From: a virus
Taxonomy: Duplodnaviria; Caudoviricetes
Length of the DNA: 64,000 bases
Direction: 5' to 3' (one strand)
IMG/VR virus record: IMGVR_UViG_3300026522_000024
Span: 1 to 64,000 of that record
A program made the translations under genes and the position numbers. The notes beneath the pieces are model-generated. The model worked only from the letters and a program-made list of their open reading frames with translations. It was not told where the DNA came from and searched no databases. This document shows positions 20,046 to 29,305 of this stretch, piece after piece (the first letter of the stretch is position 1; every line of letters starts with the position of its first letter).

Positions 20046-22013
20046 ATGGCTTTTGGAATTGTTAGCATGGAAAGACCTTCTGGTGGCAGCAGCAATATAG
20101 AACTTGCTGATGTTACTAATACTTCCATAGTTTCAGGGAATAAATCTGCACAAATAACTTGGTCAGACCCAGACGATGTTTCTCTTAATGGTGCTAGTTT
20201 AGCACGCTGGGCTGGAACACTACTTGTTAGAAAGGCTGGTTCAGAGCCATCTAATCATAATGATGGAACTGTAGTAGTGAATAACACTACAAGAAATGCC
20301 TATTCTTCTAATGCTCTTAATGAGACTGGTTTGGCTAATGGAACAACATATTACTATAAGTTTTTCCCATATTCAGTAGATGGAGTATACACATCTGGTT
20401 CTGTTCTTGTAGCTAGACCATCTGGAGAACCAGTAGCTATTCCTTATACAAATAGTGAACTTACCTATAATGGTAGTGTACAATCGCCTAATTGGGTAAA
20501 TGAAGATACTAGCAAGATGAATATTTCTGGAACTTCTAGTCAGACTAATGCTGGTACTTACACAAAGACATTTACACTCAAGAGTGATGATTACATTTGG
20601 GAAGATGGTACATTTGAACCCAAAAACATATCTTGGTCTATCAGTAAGGCTACAAGTTCTGTTACTCTTAGTAAGAGCACAATATCACTTGATTCTAATA
20701 CATCATCTTCTAATGCTACAATAACATCAGTGGGCGATGGAACTTTATCAGTAGAAGTTGGTGATGATAGCATTATATCTGCTTCAATTTCTGGTTCTAC
20801 TCTTACTGTTTCACGTAAGGGAACTGCTTCTGGAACAACTACAGTCACAGTTAGACTTAGTGAATCAAATAACTATACAGCATCCTCATCTACATTACAA
20901 GTTACAGCTAGTAACTATAGGGTAATGACTGTAAAACTTGACCTCAGTAATAGCAATCCAGACACTTGTTGTACTTATCATGATGACGCTGTAAATATGA
21001 CACCAGGTTCTGATGCTTGGGATACATTCTTTGGGCATTATCCTGTAATGTTCAAAAATGGTGTAGAAGGTAAAAAGTTACAGAGTACTGACTTCACTAA
21101 GCACGAAGATGGCACAAGTGCTGACATCACAAGTGGTAGCGAAGGTGACGTGATGATTGCTTTCCCACGCCGTGGTTTGAAGATGAGTAAGTCTGGTAGC
21201 ATTATCACGATAAGCATGACTGATAATCCTGATGACGCTAATTTTGAGTATATGGCACACAAACGTGGTAGTACACTCAAAGACAAGTTTTATTTGGGTG
21301 CTTACAAAGGTTCAGAGGTTTCAAGCAAGTTGCGTTCTCTGTCTGGTAAAACCTGTGCTAATAACAAAACTATAGGTTCTTTCCGTACTTTGGCACAAGC
21401 AAATGGTGCTCCTAATGGTTCTGGTGGCTCTGGATATGACCAGTCTGGTTGGTATCAGCTTGTATATCGTCAGTGTATGTATGTGCTCAAATATAAGAGC
21501 CTTAATAGTCAATCCAAGGTTGGACGTGGATTTGTTGACGGAAACTCCGCACAGAAAGCTACTGGTGGTACTGAGACTAAAGGTATGGACTGGGGTGAAA
21601 CTACAGGCAAAGACCACATGAAGCTGTTTGGGCTTGAAGATTTCTGGGGCAATGTCTGGGAATGGATTGATGGCTATTTCTCTGATGGCAGCCGAAACAT
21701 CAAAACCGCTACAGAAAACTTCAATAATACAGGTTCAAACTATACTGCTCGTGGTGTAGCTGCATCTGCTAATGTATCTTGGAACTACATGAACAACTGT
21801 GTAGGAGATACTCATAGTGGATTCACGCCCACCAGCACGTCAGGTAGTGAAACCACATATTTCTGTGACAGCGCTACGCTGTATGCCTCTTTCTTGCCGC
21901 TATTTGGCGGTCGTTGGAGTCTTGCTTCTCATGCGGGTGCTTTCATTCTGACTGTTAATTACTCTGCGACTGATACTCATGCGTATATCGGTGCTCGCTT
22001 GATGTACGTATAA
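20046..22013 (+). CDS. DGR target: receptor-binding tail fibre (FN3/Ig-like domains + C-terminal CLec-fold variable domain)
   Basis: FN3-like 'WSDP...LANGTTYYYKFFPY'; GLEDFWGNVWEWIDG...GG.W...AGAF...IGARL C-terminus; last ~46 codons are the VR. Confidence 0.9.
   Translation: MAFGIVSMERPSGGSSNIELADVTNTSIVSGNKSAQITWSDPDDVSLNGASLARWAGTLLVRKAGSEPSNHNDGTVVVNNTTRNAYSSNALNETGLANGTTYYYKFFPYSVDGVYTSGSVLVARPSGEPVAIPYTNSELTYNGSVQSPNWVNEDTSKMNISGTSSQTNAGTYTKTFTLKSDDYIWEDGTFEPKNISWSISKATSSVTLSKSTISLDSNTSSSNATITSVGDGTLSVEVGDDSIISASISGSTLTVSRKGTASGTTTVTVRLSESNNYTASSSTLQVTASNYRVMTVKLDLSNSNPDTCCTYHDDAVNMTPGSDAWDTFFGHYPVMFKNGVEGKKLQSTDFTKHEDGTSADITSGSEGDVMIAFPRRGLKMSKSGSIITISMTDNPDDANFEYMAHKRGSTLKDKFYLGAYKGSEVSSKLRSLSGKTCANNKTIGSFRTLAQANGAPNGSGGSGYDQSGWYQLVYRQCMYVLKYKSLNSQSKVGRGFVDGNSAQKATGGTETKGMDWGETTGKDHMKLFGLEDFWGNVWEWIDGYFSDGSRNIKTATENFNNTGSNYTARGVAASANVSWNYMNNCVGDTHSGFTPTSTSGSETTYFCDSATLYASFLPLFGGRWSLASHAGAFILTVNYSATDTHAYIGARLMYV
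21866..22004 (+). repeat. DGR variable repeat (VR)
   Basis: Aligns ungapped to 22184-22322 with 24 mismatches by hand count, all opposite A in TR. Confidence 0.95.
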
Positions 22014-22183
22014 GCATATAATGGTTTGTATCTAAGAACTCTATTTGTATACCATCTTATGTATATGACATATGGGTGAGGGTTTAGGTGTTCGCACAAG
22101 GTTTACAACTATTAGATTGTCGCTCTTTGTAGGAAGCAGGTTTTGTCTAGCACGTTACGGCGTTGCCCTTTATGGGCACAGCC

Positions 22184-22322
22184 TGACAACGCTAAACTGA
22201 ATGCCTCTTACTTACCGAAATTTGGCGGTAATTGGAATAATGCTTCTAATGCAGGTGCTTTCATTCTGAATGTTAATAACTCTACGACTAATACTAATGC
22301 GAATATCGGTGCTCACTTAATA
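22184..22322 (+). repeat. DGR template repeat (TR)
   Basis: AAY-rich copy of VR (12 AAY codons in the target frame), lying between target and RT. Confidence 0.95.
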
Positions 22323-22505
22323 CCCCATGATTGTATTGACTTATTATATAAGTCCTGATATCCTAGCCAACTTGGCTTTGATATAATTGCTGTGACACTC
22401 TCACCCTGCCTCTTGGCAAAACATAAAAATATTCCACGCTATGTTGGTAAGGCACCAGCCTGAAGGCTTAGATTTTGGGGACACATCAATGTGGAAGGGA
22501 AATCA

Positions 22506-23657
22506 ATGAAAAGAGTAGGTAATGTCTGGTGTAAAATCTGTGATATAGAAAACATCAGATTAGCACATAAAAAGGCTAAAGAAGACAAACTTTATTATCA
22601 AGAAGTAAAAATGGTGGACTCTAATGAGGATGAATTTCTTAAAGAAATACAAAATATGCTTATAAATAATACATATAAAATAACTGCTAGTGATTATTCA
22701 GTGTCTACTATTCATGATAAAGATAAGGATAGAGAACTATGGAAACTATCATATTACCCTCACCGAATAATACAATGGGCAGTAATGATTCAAATTGAAC
22801 CTGTGTTTATGAAAACATTTTGTTATCATACTTGTGCCTCTATCAAAGATAGGGGAGGAAAGAGAATACACAATATGGTAGTAAAATGGCTTAGAAATCA
22901 TGAAAAAGCAGAATACTGTTGTAAAATAGACATAAAGAAATTTTATCCTCATGTTAACCATGAAATTCTAAAAAGAATGCTTAGAAAACTGTTCAAAGAT
23001 AAACACCTATTAAAACTACTGGACATGGTCATAGATTCATTTCCAGGAGAAATAGGACTACCTATTGGTTCATATCTTTCTCAGTTTTTAGCGAATTTTT
23101 ATCTTAGCTATTTTGACCACTGGTTAAAAGAAGTGAAAAGAGTCAAAATGGTGTGTAGATACATGGATGATATAGTGATTTTTCATCATTCCAAAAGATA
23201 TTTACATCGTCTTTTAGTAGAAATGGCTATATATCTACAAAAAGAACTTGACTTAGAAATAAAGTCTAATTATCAGGTGTTTCCTACCAATATTAGAGGG
23301 GTTGATTTTGTAGGATACAGATATTTCTATGATTTCATTCTTCTTAGGAAATCCACTTGTCAAAAATTCAAAAAATCCTATGAGCTAGTGTTTGCTAAAC
23401 AGCAACAAGGACTGCTAGTAAATCGTTCTCAATGGTGTTCCATTAACTCTTATATGGGATGGTTATCTTGGTGTGACTCTTGGAGGTTATGGGAAAAATA
23501 CATCCAGCCTATTATACCAGCTTTATTGGTATATTACAGATTAGTTATACTACGAGATAAACCACTCAAAGAGAGAAATAAAAAATACAATCTATATAGG
23601 AAAAAACTATATTCCAAAAAAGGAAGAAGAAATGAAAATAGGAGGTTAACAGCATGA
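22506..23657 (+). CDS. DGR reverse transcriptase
   Basis: KIDIKKFYP; GLPIGSYLSQFLAN (DGR-type SQ); RYMDD; GVDFVGY. ATG 22506 follows ggaagggaa. Confidence 0.95.
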   Translation: MKRVGNVWCKICDIENIRLAHKKAKEDKLYYQEVKMVDSNEDEFLKEIQNMLINNTYKITASDYSVSTIHDKDKDRELWKLSYYPHRIIQWAVMIQIEPVFMKTFCYHTCASIKDRGGKRIHNMVVKWLRNHEKAEYCCKIDIKKFYPHVNHEILKRMLRKLFKDKHLLKLLDMVIDSFPGEIGLPIGSYLSQFLANFYLSYFDHWLKEVKRVKMVCRYMDDIVIFHHSKRYLHRLLVEMAIYLQKELDLEIKSNYQVFPTNIRGVDFVGYRYFYDFILLRKSTCQKFKKSYELVFAKQQQGLLVNRSQWCSINSYMGWLSWCDSWRLWEKYIQPIIPALLVYYRLVILRDKPLKERNKKYNLYRKKLYSKKGRRNENRRLTA

Positions 23658-23944
23658 AAGACATGGGAATTGTTCAAGGCAGTGGTGCTCAGGCTATCCC
23701 TCTTATTGTTGATGTAGATACTGTATATGTCCATACAGACATCAACAAAATAGAAGGAACAGATATGGATGGCAATCCTATTGAAAATTCTTATACCTAC
23801 CATGAAAAGCAATATTCTCACAGAGAATATATTGAGCTTCTTGGTAATGAAAATTCAGGATTGAAAGAGCAGAGCCTAAACACTCAAATGGCACTGGTAG
23901 ACATGTACGAAATGATGATTGGTTACAATGGAGGTGAATCCTAA
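23654..23944 (+). CDS. Tail fibre assembly-like small protein
   Basis: Acidic; 'TVYVH...YTY.E.QY...EYI...QMALVDMYE' type commonly found after Firmicute phage fibres. Confidence 0.55.
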   Translation: MKDMGIVQGSGAQAIPLIVDVDTVYVHTDINKIEGTDMDGNPIENSYTYHEKQYSHREYIELLGNENSGLKEQSLNTQMALVDMYEMMIGYNGGES

Positions 23945-24069
23945 TGGGTATGAACATCGTTGAAATCTATGCCAACCTCATCAGGGAAGGCAAGAAAACC
24001 ATTGAGCAAGTTCCTCCGAAAATTCGTGCTGAAGTAGAGAAGGCATTGAACAATGGAACTGATGATTAG
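23944..24069 (+). CDS. CD1375/XkdX-like small protein (41 aa, not in the ORF track)
   Basis: MGMNIVEIYANLIREGKKTIEQVPPKIRAEVEKAL; RBS ggaggtg. Confidence 0.75.
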   Translation: MGMNIVEIYANLIREGKKTIEQVPPKIRAEVEKALNNGTDD

Positions 24070-24247
24070 AATTCTGAGCAAAATCGCACCCAGAAAGGTG
24101 GTGATTATAGTGGATACTATTGTAGTTGTATATGTAACTCTTATCATTAACAACCGCAAGCAGTTTAAGGATGTACCTCCTGTTGTTAAGGAAAAAGTAC
24201 GAAACATGCTCATTGACATGGGTCTTGAGGAACTTACTGCTGAGTAA
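24053..24247 (+). CDS. Second CD1375-like small protein
   Basis: VYVTLII...KQFKDVPPVVKEKVRNML.DMG; the start may be a downstream GTG. Confidence 0.7.
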   Translation: MELMIRILSKIAPRKVVIIVDTIVVVYVTLIINNRKQFKDVPPVVKEKVRNMLIDMGLEELTAE

Positions 24248-24265
24248 ACACACAGAACCAAGACA

Positions 24266-24304
24266 GGGCACCAGAGGCATATTCGCTTATGGTGCCCATT
24301 ATTG
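24266..24304 (+). terminator. Probable terminator hairpin
   Basis: gggcacca...tggtgccc stem followed by an AT-rich tail. Confidence 0.5.
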
Positions 24305-24337
24305 TTATTATACATCAGTAGTAAGGGGTGAGTACTA

Positions 24338-24802
24338 ATGGATTTCAGTTGGGAGCAAATATGGGGTGGTCTTGTTACTACTGGATTAGTAGGTCTTTCC
24401 AAAGTAGTTTTTTCATTTTTACATGAACAAAAAATCAAATACGAAGAAGAACAGGAAAAGAAAGACCAAATAATTTCTATGCTTATTGAAAACAATAAAG
24501 AACTCATGACTTGGAGAAAAGACATCGAAAAAGAAAATGTTTTATTGCGTGATGAATTGCGCAATATTAACTACAAAATGGAACGAATAACTGATAGTGA
24601 TTTGATACTATTAAAAGACAGAATACTTCAATACTGTAGGTATTTCATTAATAAGGGAGAAATATCATTAGGTGCTAGAGAAAACATAACAGAAATGTAC
24701 CACTGTTATGAAAAAATGGGTGGTAACGGCACGGGAAAGCTCATTTACGAACAAACGATGAAACTGAAAATCAATGATTTAAACGTAGAAAACCTTTCAT
24801 AA
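24338..24802 (+). CDS. Membrane protein of the lysis cassette (holin-like)
   Basis: N-terminal TM helix, coiled coil, 'Y..Y..MGGNG' motif; upstream of the endolysin. Confidence 0.55.
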   Translation: MDFSWEQIWGGLVTTGLVGLSKVVFSFLHEQKIKYEEEQEKKDQIISMLIENNKELMTWRKDIEKENVLLRDELRNINYKMERITDSDLILLKDRILQYCRYFINKGEISLGARENITEMYHCYEKMGGNGTGKLIYEQTMKLKINDLNVENLS

Positions 24803-24807
24803 AGGAG

Positions 24808-25131
24808 GTGTATACTGTGTGTGCTCCAGAAAATCCTACTACCATAGAACAAGAAGAAATAAAACCAATTGTTAACCAACAAGCCACGGAGGAATCTTCC
24901 ATGAAACACTGGGATATGGACATAATTATATCCTGGGGGTTAGTAGTTATGGGTATTATATCAATCCTTGGATGGATTATATACTTCATAGATACTGGTA
25001 ATTCTAATGGAACAGAGATTCCTATGGCTATAGTTAGTGGTCTTACTGGTGCTTTAGCTGGTAGACACATGCCAAGAAAAGAGCAGTATCCTGATAACAA
25101 TAACTGTAATTATCCAACAAGGAGGGAATAA
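24808..25131 (+). CDS. Putative holin (2 TM segments)
   Basis: Two hydrophobic helices; directly before the endolysin. Confidence 0.5.
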   Translation: MYTVCAPENPTTIEQEEIKPIVNQQATEESSMKHWDMDIIISWGLVVMGIISILGWIIYFIDTGNSNGTEIPMAIVSGLTGALAGRHMPRKEQYPDNNNCNYPTRRE

Positions 25132-25133
25132 AA

Positions 25134-25520
25134 ATGCCTACTTCTGAACACTTTAGTGCTGAAGAACTTAGGTGCCACGGTAAAGGTTGTTGTGATGGTG
25201 GAGTAGATAAAATCTCACCAAGACTCCTGGAATTGCTAGAGCAACTGAGAAGTGATACTGGTGGATTACCACTAGAAATAAGCTGTGCTTATCGGTGTCC
25301 TACCCATAACGCAGAGGTAGGTGGAGCACAATATAGTCAGCATCAATACGGCACAGCAGCAGATGTCATTTGTCCAGACCACCTAGAGTTTGGAGAATTC
25401 TTATGGTATGTGGACCAATTGCCATTTGACGGTGTTGGAATCTATGAAGACCAAGAGTTTATTCATGTGGACGTGCGTAATGGGGGTGTAGGCGGACCAG
25501 GTGACCACATTTATTTCTAA
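25134..25520 (+). CDS. Endolysin, peptidase M15A family (catalytic domain only)
   Basis: HFSAEELRC; S.YRCP.HNAEVGGA..SQH..G.AAD; FIHVD. Confidence 0.85.
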   Translation: MPTSEHFSAEELRCHGKGCCDGGVDKISPRLLELLEQLRSDTGGLPLEISCAYRCPTHNAEVGGAQYSQHQYGTAADVICPDHLEFGEFLWYVDQLPFDGVGIYEDQEFIHVDVRNGGVGGPGDHIYF

Positions 25521-25532
25521 TAAAATACATAG

Positions 25533-25574
25533 TTAAGGCAGCTGAAACGGAATCAGCTGCCTTAATTTGTTTTA
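25533..25574 (+). terminator. Rho-independent terminator ending the late module
   Basis: ttaaggcagctga / tcagctgccttaa stem plus T-rich tail. Confidence 0.8.
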
Positions 25575-25734
25575 TTTATATGTTATAGCACTCAGATGAC
25601 TCTAATTATGCTGACCTATAATCAAATCATTATACTGGTCAAATTATACACCTCAGAATCAATTTATATAAATTAGTTGAGGTTGTTTTCTTTTTCTTTA
25701 GTTTATAAAGACAGACTATAAAGGAGGAGTACCA

Positions 25735-27267
25735 ATGGGTAATACCGTTGTCATTCATGTAGGCAATGTAAAGAGTAAAGTACAAAACCTACCTATGAAT
25801 TTAGCCAATAAAATAGCAAAAGAACTGTCTGTAAAAGTACCAAATTACTGGTTTTCTACAGCATTCAAAATGGGCAGATGGGATGGAACACAAAAATTCT
25901 TTATAAGACCAGCCAACACATTTCCTACTGGATTACTAAAAACTGTAGTAAATATGATTTCAGAGCAATTTGAGTTACCTTTAGAAATACAAGATGAACG
26001 TAAAGGAATCAATGATTTAGCGGTAACTCCAGTAGAAAAACAATATACCATAGGAAAGGACAAGAATTTTAGAGAATACCAAGTAGAAGCCTTAAATGCT
26101 GTTATTACCAATAAGGTAGAAAATGCCCCATTTGTACGTGGAGTAATAAATTTGGCTACAAATGCAGGAAAAACCACAGTAGCTGAAGGGCTAATCAATG
26201 AACTTTATCCTAAACTGAAAAAGAGTAACCAATTTTTGTTGTTTGTGACTCATTCTAAGGAGATAGCATATCAGGCTCAAAAGTCCATTGAGACTGACTT
26301 AGGAATAAAGGTAGGTATCATTGGTGACGGAAAATGGGAATTGAAAACAGTTACAGTAGCTATTGTGTCTACTCTGTATAAGCGTATGAAAGATAAAAAG
26401 CCAGAGTTCAAATTTCTAATAGAAAATGTGGCTGCTTTCATAGCTGATGAAGTCCATCATTCTTCCTCCCAGAGTTGGTATGATGTATTGTGCTCCTTTA
26501 CAAATGCTTCTATCAGAGTAGGGTTGACTGGTACAGTAGATAAGTCTAATCCTGTTAATGAAATGAGGCTGTATTCCTGTACTGGTCCAGTGGTAACTAA
26601 GGTGTCTAATGACTTCCTCATTCAGAAGGGATACTCAGCTAAACCAATATGTATCATGTTCCTGGTGGGAGAATCCGAACTAGATGATATACCATATTCA
26701 GATGCATATAACTTGGGTATAGTTGAGAATGAGGAACGTATTCAGGTTATACATGATATTTGTTGTAAAGAAACAAAAGATAACAATAAAGTCTTGGTGT
26801 TAGTGGAATACCTTGAACACGGAAATATTATAAATGAGAAACTAAAAAATCTCAAGAAGCAAGTGTATTTTACAAACGGACAATTGTCATCTGAGGAAAG
26901 ACAAAAACTCCTAGATGACTTAAAAATGGGAAAACTTGATGTCCTTATTAGTACTAGCATACTCGATGAGGGTGTAGATGTCTCTGGGATAAATGCTATA
27001 ATTTACGCAAGGGGAATGAAGAGTACCAGAAAGCTACTTCAGGGAATAGGTAGAGGATTGCGTAAGAAAAAAGATGGAAGTCCATTGAGGTTTTATGACT
27101 TTATAGACAACACTAACCTCAAATTGCTACAGCACTCTCAGAACAGGTATGAAGTATTGAAAAAAGAAAAGTTCACTGTAAAATTGATGAATCTTGAGGA
27201 TTATAACAAGATGAGCTGGAAAGACATCAATAAGGAGGATAAACCTAATGAAAACCATGAAAAATAA
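25735..27267 (+). CDS. SF2 DEAD/H-box DNA helicase
   Basis: ATNAGKT; DEVH; LTGT; LDEGVD; QGIGRGLR. Confidence 0.92.
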   Translation: MGNTVVIHVGNVKSKVQNLPMNLANKIAKELSVKVPNYWFSTAFKMGRWDGTQKFFIRPANTFPTGLLKTVVNMISEQFELPLEIQDERKGINDLAVTPVEKQYTIGKDKNFREYQVEALNAVITNKVENAPFVRGVINLATNAGKTTVAEGLINELYPKLKKSNQFLLFVTHSKEIAYQAQKSIETDLGIKVGIIGDGKWELKTVTVAIVSTLYKRMKDKKPEFKFLIENVAAFIADEVHHSSSQSWYDVLCSFTNASIRVGLTGTVDKSNPVNEMRLYSCTGPVVTKVSNDFLIQKGYSAKPICIMFLVGESELDDIPYSDAYNLGIVENEERIQVIHDICCKETKDNNKVLVLVEYLEHGNIINEKLKNLKKQVYFTNGQLSSEERQKLLDDLKMGKLDVLISTSILDEGVDVSGINAIIYARGMKSTRKLLQGIGRGLRKKKDGSPLRFYDFIDNTNLKLLQHSQNRYEVLKKEKFTVKLMNLEDYNKMSWKDINKEDKPNENHEK

Positions 27268-27835
27268 CAACAGTTTTTTATTTGACCCTAAAAGCAGGTA
27301 TAACAATATAGATAACACAGAGATTGTATTCCTCACTCCCAAGCAAATCAAAAAGCTAGACATTGGAGTAGACACCAGCATCTTTAGAGAAGATGAGGAA
27401 GATGATTTGTTTCCATTTTTGCTAGATAGCTTGAAAGAAATGGTAAAGGAATCAACTATGGGTGAGGATAATGGTTCTACCATAGCAATCAAAGTAGAAG
27501 GCTCTGATTGTAGAGCATATATAGTTTTGGATATAAACGGAAAAATGTGTAAACTACAAACTGAAGAGTGGGATATACTCAATAACCTCAAAGGATTGCC
27601 TATTCATAAGCAGACTAAGGTATTCCAAAGGCTCATTTCTCAGGGAGAAATTACATTAAACGACTTGGCAGCAGTAGACATTGATACTGGAGTGTACAAA
27701 AAGCTAGTGGTAAATGATATGTGTGGATTCCATGTGTGCCAGGAAAAGATTGCTGAGTTAGACAGGATTTCAGACGAACAAAAGAACAACAAGAAATTTG
27801 AAAAGATGAGAAAATTTGTGATGAAACAACTGTGA
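27248..27835 (+). CDS. Hypothetical protein
   Basis: RBS aggagg; overlaps the helicase stop. Confidence 0.6.
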   Translation: MKTMKNNNSFLFDPKSRYNNIDNTEIVFLTPKQIKKLDIGVDTSIFREDEEDDLFPFLLDSLKEMVKESTMGEDNGSTIAIKVEGSDCRAYIVLDINGKMCKLQTEEWDILNNLKGLPIHKQTKVFQRLISQGEITLNDLAAVDIDTGVYKKLVVNDMCGFHVCQEKIAELDRISDEQKNNKKFEKMRKFVMKQL

Positions 27836-27845
27836 GGTATGTATT

Positions 27846-29255
27846 ATGGTAACTGTTAATGATATACTAGATGCTGGCTTATTAGCCAATGGAAAGTTAC
27901 CAGATATATACTGGGAGTTGAATTTATCTGGCACTGAATTAAAAGTGCTTAGATATGTGTACAGTAATTGCCTTAGATTATACCGTACACTTCCTATTTT
28001 TCCAAAGGGAAAAGATGGTTCTCCTAGATTCTGGAGAGGCAAAGAAAAGATGGCGGATGACTGTGGCATGTCATACCCTACTTTTCGTAAAAGCGTAAGG
28101 AATCTGTATAATCTGGGTATACTTACTTCTATGGATGGAATAGAAGATGAGGATGAGATTTATTGTATAGGTTTGAAGCCTGACTTCCTTAACTCTGGAC
28201 TTTTACAGACCGAAAAAAATTTTCGGTCGCATTCTAAAAAGGAATTACTGTTATTACTTTATAATAAAGATACTGTAGAACTAATAGAAATAAGTTTAAG
28301 AGTAGAAATAGAAAATAATCCTTCTGTTACTAACGTAACAGAACTGGTGGAGCACCAGGATAAACCTAAGAAGTCTCATGTAAAAGTCAAGAGCAAAAAA
28401 CGTACTACAGCTTCAAAGCTAAAAACTAAAATTGTCAGAGTACCAATAATTATGCGTACTCCAGTTACAGGATTCAGAAAGCACGTCTCTGTAATACCTA
28501 AAACATTTAACCTTCAGTTTTATCAAGAAAAAAGAAGGCAGCTACAGCATATACGTACTGCTTCAGATAACAAAATCCTAGAGATAGCCAGTTACTATGA
28601 ATATAAAGCAAGAAATGCCATAGGTGCTTCAGGTTTTAGAGTTTTAGGCAAGAATTACAAGGAACACAAGAATTGGAAATTCCTTGAAAAATTATATAAA
28701 ATGTGTGAAGATAACCATTGGGATTATAAGGTATACATTGATGCTCAGTTTGATAGGGTAAGATTCTACCAGAGAAAGCAGGATTATCCGTACCTCAATC
28801 AATTCTTTTCAGAAGGAGCAATCAATGCTTATCACAGATACGTAAAAGACTACAAGGAAAAATACTCTACTACTGGCAATGCCAAAGTTAAGACTGAAAA
28901 GGTACAGTCTTTTGCAGAGCAAGTAGCAGATAAAATCGTAAATGACTGCGAAAGAATGTCTACATATATGAAGTCAGCTTCTAAGCGTAGAAGTACAAGC
29001 GAATTAACAGCAGAGCAAGTCAAAATAGTGTATATATCAGAACACTGGATGGGGTTATCTTATTTCTATCTTTCCAGTATTCCTTGGTTTATGACCTATT
29101 TAGACCAGCTTCCAAAGGAGCAATACATTGAAGAACTGTCAGAGCACATACGAACTATACAGAAGTCAAAAAGTCTATCAGATAAAGTTACCAATATCGT
29201 AAGAGTAGTTGAGTCTCAGATGGATATACCGCCAACAATGCTTCTTGAGCAGTAA
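27846..29255 (+). CDS. Replication initiator-like HTH protein
   Basis: N-terminal wHTH (LSGTELKV...MADDCGMSYPTFRKSVRNL..LG); lies between the two helicases. Confidence 0.6.
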   Translation: MVTVNDILDAGLLANGKLPDIYWELNLSGTELKVLRYVYSNCLRLYRTLPIFPKGKDGSPRFWRGKEKMADDCGMSYPTFRKSVRNLYNLGILTSMDGIEDEDEIYCIGLKPDFLNSGLLQTEKNFRSHSKKELLLLLYNKDTVELIEISLRVEIENNPSVTNVTELVEHQDKPKKSHVKVKSKKRTTASKLKTKIVRVPIIMRTPVTGFRKHVSVIPKTFNLQFYQEKRRQLQHIRTASDNKILEIASYYEYKARNAIGASGFRVLGKNYKEHKNWKFLEKLYKMCEDNHWDYKVYIDAQFDRVRFYQRKQDYPYLNQFFSEGAINAYHRYVKDYKEKYSTTGNAKVKTEKVQSFAEQVADKIVNDCERMSTYMKSASKRRSTSELTAEQVKIVYISEHWMGLSYFYLSSIPWFMTYLDQLPKEQYIEELSEHIRTIQKSKSLSDKVTNIVRVVESQMDIPPTMLLEQ

Positions 29256-29305
29256 TTGGAGGTAGGCTTTGTTTACTTTAGTTGTTGTAAATAGGGGGTG
29301 ATGTA

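Larger units (their letters stand above)
20046..23657 (+). mobile_element. Diversity-generating retroelement (target-VR / TR / RT)
   Basis: 139-nt VR/TR pair differing only at TR adenines, plus a DGR-type RT. Confidence 0.97.

Noticed and set aside
22143-22358. 71-aa ORF spanning the TR
   Set aside because: It is the TR read in the target frame (Asn-rich), with no good RBS. It is not an Avd or an independent protein.
23654-23944. Possible Avd accessory gene downstream of the RT
   Set aside because: Acidic, with a beta-rich N-terminus resembling tail-fibre assembly proteins. Avd is a basic four-helix bundle.
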